64,000 nucleotides of DNA from positions 16,616,001 to 16,680,000 of the forward strand of contig NW_026889758.1 of assembly GCF_033153115.1 (NCBI RefSeq), in the 5' to 3' direction. The translations under genes were made by a program, and so were the position numbers. The notes beneath the pieces were generated by a model. That model had not been told where the DNA came from, made no database searches, and saw nothing but the letters and a program-made list of their open reading frames with translations. Of this stretch, positions 43,347 to 55,300 are shown piece after piece. The DNA comes from Saccostrea echinata. Lineage: Eukaryota. Within the stretch, counting starts at the first letter, position 1. The number at the start of each line of letters is the position of its first letter.

Positions 43347-46300
43347 TCAGGGTGCTGAAAAACAAAAAAAAAAAGAAAATGTAATAAAATTGCAATTTTA
43401 TAATTGAAAGAACAAATGCTTGAATATGATATTATTTTTATAATACTTAATGTACATAATTTTTCTTGCCACTATATATGTGTTTACTCATATTCTAACT
43501 TTCTTGAAAATTTTAGAAATTTTAAGAAACGGAAATTTCATTTAAAATCACTTGTATTGAGCTATGAAAATTATTAAATAAAACAAAAATAATTTTTTCA
43601 TTATGAATACCTTTGCATGTTTGATTTGGGATGAGGTTCCTGAGGTAATCTGTTGTACATCTCTGACACACGTCATCATGTATGGTGATGAAATTTCCGT
43701 CGTTTGTAACCTTTATGCATTCCTCCACCGTTTTACCACGTGACACAAGAGATCGTCTGCCTCTCGTAGCGAGTACTGCTTGTATTTGACCATCAGAAGT
43801 TGCCGTTTCTACCTTGTACTGACATTGTGCCAATATGTCAGATTCATATTCGCAGTCTCCGCTAAGTTGAATGGTTGATCCACAAGTGCTGTAAGTTATT
43901 TGTGTTCTGCATCTTTCACCTGATTAAAAAAATTTTTAAAAAATGAATTCTCACTTCAGAATAAATGCTTTTCTTGATCAAAACAGAACTTATTTCACTG
44001 CTCGTTCTGAAATGCTTCTCACCACCAAGAAGACATTTATGAATTTACAGTAACACTGATTGTGAACTTACGTAACTTATAAACTTAACTGAGGACGTAG
44101 GATAAAATCTAACTCAAACTCTAGATGGTTAGCTTGTAATAAAATCTAAACAGCACGAATTAAACTTGAGTTTTTTTTTTCAAGTAATAAAGTTAACACA
44201 TGAGAACTCACCAGGTGTACCAGTTGGGTCCTCTGAAATCAATGGGAAGTCTTCTATAGGTTCATCAGTTCCTACAGAAATATATATCACCCACTGTGTC
44301 ATTTGTAAACTATGAAGAGTAATTGATTTTCAAGCTGAGTGTTTGCTGTACTCACTTGTACATTCCTTCACACCGTCTCCATCAAAGCCGCGATTACATC
44401 TACATACAAAGTCACCCAGAACGTTTCTACACCGCGCATTCTTATGGCAGGTCATGTGACGAGTGGTCAGCGCCATCTTGTTGATGCCTCCACTTCTTAC
44501 ACACGTCTGGATGATTTCACAGTTTGTAAGAGGTCCATGGGAATTCAGCTACAAAGAAAGCTTAAAATGTAAACACGCTGTCAGAACTAAAAGAAAATAC
44601 AATTTCAATGACAAACAAGACCAAACTTAATTACGTGCATAACAACTAGCATCGTCTCAAGCCACGGTCCGGAGTCCGCGTATAGCTCTCTCTGAGAGGA
44701 TCGTACATTTTGACCTTGGTTTGCAACGATGAACAACTAGATTTTAAATTTTTTTTTAGTTTCATTGAAAAGTAATCTAAGCTTTTAATTTAAAAAAAAT
44801 TAAGCTAATATTTTGTGCCGATTGCTCGGCTTACATGATTCTTTTACTGGTGTAGCAATGCTGTATTACTGTTGCTGACACTTACAGGATAGTATTGATC
44901 ATTGAAAAAGCATCCACATTCGTCCTCTAGAACACACTTCTCTCCACTCAGAATGTATCCCTCTTTACACACACAACCTTCCTGTGGAACAAGATCACAT
45001 TTAGACTCCCCTTCAGGATCTGAACAGGTGCGTGGACATCCAACAATGGCTGGGTTGTATACAGCATTCTCAGAACATGCCAGAGCTGAAAACAATAGCA
45101 GGGTTATACACAGTACTCTAGGAGCAGGTCAGTGCTAAAAACAATAGCAGGATTATACACAGTATTCTCAGAGCAGGTCAGAGCTGAAAACAACAGCAGG
45201 GTTATACACAGTACTCTAGAAGCAGGTCAGCGCTGAAAACAGTCTTCTCCGAGGAGGTCAGAGCTGAAAACAAAAGCAGGTTTATACACAGCTCTCCTAG
45301 AGCAGGTCAGAGCTGAAATGATTTTTACAATGAAGCAAGCATTGCAGCGTTAATACTCTTCATTCCATGTAATCATGGTGATTGAACCGAAAAGTGAAAA
45401 AGAATATAGTATAAAGATCTTACGACAAAAGTCGGTCTTTCTCCACACTACTTTTCCAAATCCTTTGATAAGACACATTTCTGCGAGCGATTCTCCTGCC
45501 ATGCAGGCTGTCTTCATGGCAAAAGCAGGTTTGTCTTCATAAGAACAAACATCGTCCATACATGACTGGTACAGTTCCTTAGCCAAGTTCTCATCCGCTT
45601 TGATGCATCTTGCAAATGGTCCCGATTTATCCAACAAAACACCACAGAACTCATTTGATGCTGCTCGCTTGGACCAAAGAGATGAACACTTGAAATCAGA
45701 GTCAGTGGTGACACACCTAAAACATGCAATTGATTATTTTATTGTTTTTAATTTGTATTTTGTTTTTTTCTGTTTACTTAATGGTTTTAAAGTACTTTAA
45801 AGATACAGACTTAGAGCTTCATGCTTGTATCTGCTGTTTGTACAATTTAGCGTTTTACTTTTCTGCGGACTTTGCGACATCGTCGAACACTTGGTAACTT
45901 TCTCCAATTAGTGAGTACTTGTTGGGTCTCGTGGATACGTCATCACCAGTCTTTGTTCGCAGGTCATCCTTTTTGCCATTACAGTTGCCACAGATGCCTG
46001 TTACATGGTCGCTATATTGTTTTGGTATAGATAAAGAAACTGAATGTACGCCATCAAAACTAACGACAACTCCACACGTTGTGCTGACTGTGAGGAAACG
46101 TCCCTTCGTCGTCACTTTATAAAAACCGTTAAAGGATGTCCATGGTGCAAACATTTTTATACCATTAATCTGTTAACGAAATTAATGACTAATGAACAAC
46201 ATTCAAAATCCTACTTGTGAATAAAGTTATAATTCGTTTAAATTCTTATTCAAGTGTATCTTACTGTTAATTGGTTCTTCTGAAGCAAACGTATATTATA

Positions 46301-49300
46301 TCCGGGCACTTTAACATCAACTAGTCGTGTGAAGGACACCTTGGCATTCTGATGACGTCTTACATTTTTAACCTCTACGTTGAATGAGCACTTGTCCTTG
46401 GAATTGAATTTGGACAGAGTGTACTTACATTCACCCATGAAATGGATCATTTGTCCGTCAAAGGTCCGGTAGTGGGGATCGCCGGACGCCATGCAAGTGC
46501 AAGACTCTAAATAAGAAAATTCGTTTGATGATTTATGAATTCTCTCCCTCTCTCTATTCTTTTGATAGAAGTAACATGTAATATATTTTATTTACTAATA
46601 CATATATGTATTTTAATGCAGAATACAACAAGCTTCCGAGGGCTTAGGACGCACAATTACAATTCAAAGGTTTCAATCCTTTGCTACAACTTGATGTACA
46701 TTGGACGTCCTTTAAACTATAAATGAATTTACAAAATTGTTTTCTTTCAATGTTGCGCCTCCTCCCCTAAATTAAAAATTGAAGTACATGAGATGGTGTA
46801 GGGGTCTAAAAAGTCTTCTAGACGCCATTACTTTCAAATCTGATCCCCAAACATAAAATCATAGGTTTGCATCTAACAATTACAAGTCACAAAGTGAAAT
46901 TCTCTATATTTATGTGATAAATGTTGTTAATTGATTTCACCTTGACAAGAGGAGATTCCATCTCCAAATAATCCTCTGTTACACTGACATATTCCATTAT
47001 CACACCTGGCATTCTCGTGACAAAGGTGTTTTCCACCACACAGTTCTGTAAATTAAAGGAAAGAATGATTCGATATAATCAAGTAGCATATACCGTATGA
47101 TAAGCAAGCAGATAAATGAATTTAATTACGTGTTGGACCTACTTTTACACTCATTGACTCCATCTCCCATATAACCCTCCTTACAGACACATTGTCGAAC
47201 ACCGTCCTTCAGGCCACACAAACCATCAGAATGACAGCGCTCATTGGTACCAAGAACCTGCAAAACTGCCTCCCCATCCCTTCTGATGCACTTCTTTGTC
47301 GTAGTACAGTCATCTGATACAATGACGGCATTTAACTAAAATCAAATTTCCGTTTCTTAATGAATTCATCAGGACTGCCACAAATACATACGTTAGTATT
47401 CTGTATCAAACGTAGAACTTTATATAAAGAATAGGAAAAAAATCGTTAATTGGAAGCTTAAGATAATTTCTAAAACGAGGCAAGCTATTGACAAATATAA
47501 TAAATATAATCTCGTTTAATTTCGCAAATTCTATGGTCGATACAATGACCTTGTTAGCAAATACAATCAATCGTTAAAGTGAATGTTTATGGACGTTTTT
47601 CATACAAACTGTTAGGCCATTATTTTTCACACTGAATTGTCTACAGATTTTTCCGTTTTTATCATGAAAAGGAGCATGTGACCGGTCGACAGAGTACTCC
47701 TCCATGACACCTGATCCCACCTCTAATGTTTTAAAAGGTCCGTGTTTGCTCTGCTCAAAATTTCTATTTTTTCAATGGACTTTTGAACTTGATTACTGAT
47801 CGTTATCTTCATATTTCGCTACTGAGTAGACGGAACGTACTGGAATATAATCCCCGTTAGCAGTCTGACATCCACATTCATTCTCTCGAACACAGCTTGT
47901 TCCACTCAGGACAAACCCTGGAAGACACTCGCATCCCTCCGTGTTGGGAAGGGGACATTTATTAGGCGCATTTGGTGATGTACATGTGGCAGGGCAACCG
48001 CTGACAGAGGTACTGTATCGCTGATTACCTCCACATTTAATTGCTAATGCAAAATAAAAATACGGTAGATTTAACGTGTTTTAATGATAAAGATCATCAT
48101 AAAAGCAATTAAGGACATTTGGGTTTCATTTTATATAGGTGTCTTGAGACTGAATATATCAATTAGACACCCAATTCTTTTGCTCAATTTTTGAAAAAAA
48201 GAGGGTATGTGGAAACATCTTTTCTCCTATTGTGTTACATCAGATTTTATTTATCTTACGACAGAAAGCAGATGATCTCCACTGCACCATAAAACCACTA
48301 GTTTCACAAACGGCCTCCAGTCCTTCTGCTGCCCTACAAGAAGCCTCCTTTCTTTTGGTTACATCATCAAAGTAGGAGCAGACGTCGTAGATACAAGATT
48401 CATACATCTGTGAGGCCAAAGTGGGTTTGTAAGCCAAGCAAATATTAAACGGGGAGCTTCTCCTTGTCTTGGGATTCAGTATTCCGCAGTGACTTTTGTC
48501 TGTAGCTATTGCAAGCATTTCTTTTGAGCACTGCACATCATCTTCTAGAGTTTTACATCTATTAACAAAAACATCAATTTTTTACACAACAAAATAATGC
48601 AACACTAAAATTTCGTTAAGGATTTTTTGATCGTGGAGATGTTTGTTTACTTACACAGTGGATGGTTTTTCCGTGTTGTCGTACACTTCATAACTTTTAC
48701 CAATCAGAACGTATTTGTTGCTCTTCCAAGAAACATCTGCACCGTCTTGGGTGCGATAATCGTTCTTCTTACCATCACAATTTCCGCATATTCCTTCCAT
48801 CTTCTTGCTGTAGGACCTTGGTACACCAACTTGAACTACCGATTTTCCATCCCAATTTACCATGACGTTACATTTTGTGACCAGTTGGACAAATCTTCCA
48901 CTCATCATTATCTTCAAGTCCCCGTTGTTCTCTGAGACGGGGAGGAACTTCTTTTCTCCATTTATCTGAAATGACGCATAAGTATATTCGACAAAGTGAA
49001 ATCATTTTTTCACCGATTTATTATTAATGTTCCTCGTATTTACAAAAATGCAATGAATTATTAATAATGTTCAAATGTTAAAACAATCTTTATTTGTAAA
49101 TGCAGAGATTCATAAACGTACATAAACTTTATGATTTGGAGCTAATCGTACGACTTTGCCATATATTTTAACATAAACGCTTCTGGTATATGCTACACGT
49201 CTGTTTCGCCCTCTGTGTTCATTTTTAACCTCTACGCTGAACGCACACGGGTCATTTCTTTTCAGAGATCTGGTCATCGTATATTTACAGATGCCCATAA

Positions 49301-52300
49301 AGTGAATCATCTGACCGTCATATGTTCTGTAATGAGGGTCACCGCTTGCACTACAGGTACACATCTCTACAAATGAGAGACATCGAGGCAGTCAAACATA
49401 AAATGTTAAAAGTTTACAAGGATAAACGGTTACGGATTTGTATTTACAAAGTGTAAAATTGAAATGGTTCAATAATTCTTATGTAAAAATCAGTTTTTGA
49501 AACAATTGTTTCATTGGTTATAAGAGAGAAACAATAGAACTCTAAAAGAATTCATACTTTCACAGCTGTTCTCCCCATCACCAAATAATCCACGCCTACA
49601 CTGACACCTGCCCTTCTTACAAGTGGCTTTCTTGTGGCACCGATATTTACCACCACACAAAGCTGCAAGGTAGATCATATATATATGTACTACAGTATTT
49701 TTTTTAAATTAATAAATGATCAAGCAAATGTCAAGGGCGACATACTACTAAGCAATGAGCATCGATACAAACCTCAAGATTTTTTGGAAATATGACTTAC
49801 GCTGGCAGGTTTTGTATCCATCCCCGTAGTACCCTTTTTTACACTCGCAACTTCTTTCACCATTCTCATCCAGACGACATTGGCCTCTCCGGTGACATCT
49901 GACGCCCGAGGAAGTTTTCACTAACACAGCTTTGCCACGAACCTTCTTACATTCAAATACTTCTGCACAGTTGGTGGCACGAATTTTGCTTCCAATCTGA
50001 ATTAGAAAATAGAATGGCAAAATTGTTTCACCAGTTAATGCTGAAGCAGTTTCCAGCGTTTGTTAAGTATTTGTTGTTTATTACTTGTTGTGATGGCCCT
50101 AAACTCGTAAAAATTCAAATATTCACAAATTGTGTTTTGTTGAAAATCAAAAATATGTCAAGTTAAAAGTAGGTAAACTGGCTCCTTTGAGATTTTTTTT
50201 CTCTATCTTTATTACGAAGTATAACCGTTAGTTACCGGGAAGTAATCCCCTTTGTCATTTCTGCACCCACACTGCTCTTGTTTTACGCAAACTCCGTCAC
50301 TTAGCACAAATCCCTCCCGACAGAAACAGCCTTCTGTTGGTTCTATAGTGCACGAGTCCTCAGCCTTTGGGTCCAGACAGGTGGCTGGACAGCCTGGGCC
50401 ACTGCTTCTGTATTCCGCATTCTTGTCCTCACATTTAAAGGCTGCAAAATAGGGAGATTTATTTTTCCGATAATGGAATAAAAGATTAAATGCTATATAT
50501 GCATGTTATCCAAATTAATTGAAATAGCAGATTAAAGTACCCAGTCAAATTTAAAGGTGCTTAGACACAGATTTGAACTTAATATTTTCTCAAATTTTCT
50601 GTATAATATCACGACTTATATATTGCAATAGCATTTCACACGAAAATATAATTAAAAACTTAGTTTATCTGGAAATTATTGGAACTACGAATTCCGGGAC
50701 GCGTTTGATTAACACCTCTTTGCACTTACACAAATTTTAACTTTATCCTTAATATTTAAGAAAAGAAGCGATTTTGTTATGTATTAATGAAAAATATTAC
50801 ATCTGTAATCCAGAAAATTCAGAGTAGAAATGTTCAAAAGCAAAACCAAATCACCAGTATTGTCAGTCCGTGCTCTGTGATGTGTACAGAGTTTAACAAA
50901 TTGAACACACCCGTGAAACGTAAACTGTTTTTGTAAACAGGGCACGAGCTCTGTTATTGTTAATGTTTACGATTCACCGGGTGTGTTCAATTGTTAAACT
51001 CTGCACAAACCACTGAGCACGGACTTATAAAATACTGTGAGTGGGTTTTGCTTTCGAACATTTATACTATGAAATTTCTGGGTTATAGTTTTACTATTTT
51101 CATTAATACACAACAAAATTGCCACTTTTCTCAAGTACTAGTATTAAGAATAAAATTAAAATATGTCAAAGCGCAAGGATGTGTCAATCCAACGCGTCCA
51201 GAAATTCGAAGTTTTAATAACTTGGAGATGAAATAAGATTTTTATTATATTTTAGTATGAAGTGCTATAGCAACATATAAGTCATGAAATTATACAGAAA
51301 ATTTGAGAAAATATTAACTTCAAATCTGTGTCCAAGCACCTTTAAGGCAAATAACGTTTTGTGCATTTAATCACCAGGTTCCTATAATTCTTCTTCCTAT
51401 AAACTTTTAAAGAAGATATTTAGAAGAATTACATATGTTAACATTCATAATTTTCCTTGCCGAAATAAATCATGGCATGCAATATATGGAGTTAACGAAC
51501 AGTATTCAAGCTCAAAAGTCCATTAAACAATATAAATTTTGGAGCAGAGTAAACACGGACCTCTAAAACATCAGAGGTGGGATCAGGTGCCATGGAGGAG
51601 TGAACATCTAATCCCATCTCTGATGTTTTTAGAGGCCCGTGTTACTCTGCTCCCAATTTGTATTGTCCCAATGAACTTTTGACCTTAATTACTTTTCGTT
51701 ACTTCATATTATATCTTTCAAGTACGGTTGCTATGAAGTTGTTGATAAAAACATTGGGTATTTTATAACTTCAGTGTCCATATGTAACATTGATAACTTG
51801 ATAACTATTTGTGAGAATTCAAGAACCTTTGATAAGGTACCAATGGGAATTTCCGAAAATAGCTTAAACTCCCTCCCCCCGAAATTAATTACTTTTCTGC
51901 GAAAAAGCTATCAAAAGTAAATTTACGACAAAATGCTGTTGTCCTCCATTTGATCGTGATTCCGTTATCTGCGCAGTCCTCCGCAAACGCCTCCACTGCC
52001 TCACATTTGGCCACCTCTAGATTAGTTCCCTCCAATGAACACACATCAATCCGACACGATTCAAAGTACTCCTTTGCCATTTCTGGAAACTTGGCAATAC
52101 ATTCTGCGAATGGTCCCTTCTTGTTCTGGATCCAACCACAATATTTGTCAGTGGCCAACAGGTTACTCATTTTTGCATCGCACGTAAACGCATATGGTGT
52201 GTCCTGCTCAGTCTTACATCTAAACAAGTAATTATGAATTTAATGTTAATTTTACTGACATTTACAAATTTAAATAAGCCACTATTCATTTCGTGCACGA

Positions 52301-55300
52301 CATAAATATAGTTACAGATTTCAAAAGGAGTGCTATATGAAAATTTCTGAGCAATATTTAAAAGCTATTGTTCATTATAACGTTGCAAGAGGACTAAAAT
52401 ATTATGTGAAGTACTTCTCTTCTCCAATATTTGTGTCGTCATCCACCTCATAGCTGTTTCCGATGAGAGAGTACCTTAATTTCTCCCTTCTGACGTCACG
52501 TCCTGTACTGGTTCTCATGTCGTCACGTTTACCGTTACAATCACCACACAGACCAGTTAGCTTCCCCCGGTACTTACCGGGAACTGTTACCGACACAGCA
52601 TGTACACCGTCAAAGTTAACCTTTACTCCACACGAAGTCCAAATCTGGACAAAACGTCCACTTCTGAACACCTTCAGTCTTCCATCGAGTTCGCTTACTG
52701 GTAAAAACTTCTTTTCTCCGTCAATCTACAAAGATATTTAATGAATGGACCACGTGCAAATTAGTCATCAGAATCGTTGTAAGGATTTATTTGGTTCTAG
52801 GGTATGAATCCTGAATTTCAATCTCAATTTCTATAGTCTCAAAAGTGCTTTTATAAAATATTTTTATAAACAGTACGAATTAGACGTAGCTTTTGTTAAA
52901 CAAAAACTTATGTCTCCCTCTTTTGCGTTAAAGTCAAGAAACACATTCCAGTTGTTGATAAAGTGCATTACAATCAACTGATCAAGAGTAAAAACCCAGA
53001 CAAAATGACGTGATAGATAAACGGACAGAAAATTACAAAAAATACCCCCTTGTATGGGGAGGCAGCATTATAGATAACATACTGTAAACTGGACATATTA
53101 TCCATGCAAAAAAGTTACCACTGCTAAACCCTTTAGACGTAAACTGATTCTCTTTCCTAAGATGTCCACATCTACTCTCCGAGTGAAGGAAACTCGTGTA
53201 TTCTTGTTTCTGTGTTCATTTTTCACGGTGACCTGGAAGCCGCACGCATCATTTGGTGTCAGTGATTTCGTCAGAGTGTACTTGCATGTACCCATGAAGT
53301 GAATCATTTCACCGTCATACGTTTTATAGTGAGGGTCCCCGGACGCCATACAGAAACACGACTCTAACAATGTGAGAAGTATATGAATGATAATTATGGA
53401 TACTTTCAATTAGTTAAGTGTTATTGTAGCTTTTGATCACACTTAAATTACTTACTTGTACAAGTGTTGTAACCGTCACCATGAAAACCTCGATTGCACC
53501 TGCATTTTCCTTTACGGCATGATGCATTCCTGGAGCATTGCCTTCCTCCGCAACTTGAAATTCTCAATTTTGCTGCAAAGAATGGAATAAAGAATTCACC
53601 CCTTTTACTCTCAGAAAAAATCACTTTAAAGTTTTATGTCCACAATTATACCGCAAACGTACGTCTGCAGGACCGGAATCCATCCCCGGTAAATCCTTTG
53701 TTACAAACACACGTTCTCTCGCCTTCTTTGTTCAGACCACATTTGGCGTTTTTATGACACCTCAGTCTTCTGGATACTCTAGTAAAAGATGACACTCCTC
53801 GAGAATTTCTACATACATAGGTGGATCCACAGTTAGAGCTCTGCAACTTGGTTCCAACCTGAAAAAATATAATTAGTTCATTGATTGTTTTTGCTTTACG
53901 TCCCTTGAAAGATTATTTCAGACATGTGAGACGTCATTGAATGTCAGTTAAGGGCTCCAAATTTAAACCCCAGTCACATTTCAAAAAACGACCATCGGCC
54001 GACGGTTTTTGAGGCAAAAAATGGGATTCCTCGGGTGACAGTCGGCACTTCATCGGCCGTTGTCTTGCCCGATTTTGACCTATTTTTTCGTTAGACGACC
54101 AATTTTGTGTCTGTCGGTCCCACTTATAATAATTTTTTCTGCGTCTGTGGCCGATTTTTTTTAATTGAAGTAGTCATTGAATAGTTCGTCGACTAACCCT
54201 CGATCATCAGCCAACCATCGGCAGGCAGTTTGTTTAGTCGGTCGGTCGATATTTAGGTATTGGGTTTTCGTAAATGTCGACCAGCGGCGAAAATCAAACT
54301 GCGTTTTCAGCGCTTGCTGATAGGGCGACGGTTGGTCGACATATGAATATTTAAACTTTTAAAATCATCGGTGTTCCTAGGAATTAATGTGACTGTTCCA
54401 CAATGCCCGATATTAGTGTCGGCCGATCATGTTTTTTTCAGCTAAACATAGAGAAAAATTTGATCGCCCGACCATCGGCTTAAATGTGACCCAGGTATTA
54501 GACCTTAACTCGGAACTTAAAGTCATTGAGCAGCGAGGGATCTTTATCGTTTCAACGCATGTAGTGATACTGTGGAATCATTATATTTCATGGTGGCTCA
54601 ATTTTCGTGGAATTCGTGCGTATCTCTCATCCACGAATTAACATCCTCCACGAATTAATAAATTAGGATTATAAAATCATATTTCCTTTTGTAGGTATAA
54701 TGGAAAACACGAAATTACATCCCCATTAACCTGTAAGATATAAGCAATCCACGAAAATTGGCCCCCACGAATTTTAATGATTCTACAGTATGGGGCCTCA
54801 ATATTTGATGTCTCATCCAAAAAGAACCGCAACTCTCACGTCGAAGTGCCGAAAGCTTAGCAAAGGAACTATTTTTTTTTTACTGAAGTTTATTCGACTT
54901 TGGTCTGTTGCCGCCAGACCTTGAACCTTTCACCTTTCGATCACTGAGCGAGCGCTCTAATGACTGTGCTACTGTGACGGTTGAAAAAGATATAATGTCA
55001 TTCATGAAGTATATACAATGTAAAATATCTCTTGTCTCTTTTATAATTAAAGCATAAATGGCCATCTTGAAGAAGCACTGCAAATTTGATGTTTAATGAT
55101 GATCGTTGCTACACGTAAAATTGAGGAAACGATCATTTATAGTATGTTCTACATTTTTCAATATTTGAAAGTGAGGCAAGTTTATGAAAATGATCAGTTA
55201 CCGGGTAATAGTCGCCAGCTTTTGTTTTACATCCACACAGCTTCTGCGGAACGCAAGCTCCATCACTCATCAGATACCCGGCTTTGCAGAAGCATCCTTC

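Larger units (their letters stand above)
53880..54977 (-). mobile_element. Decayed tRNA-SINE split by two MITEs
   Basis: Segments 53880-53965, 54501-54567 and 54791-54977 align in order to the SINE at 30267-30590. Confidence 0.7.

Noticed and set aside
47673-47815. Hammerhead ribozyme in the Penelope-like fragment
   Set aside because: No CTGANGA...GAAA core found.
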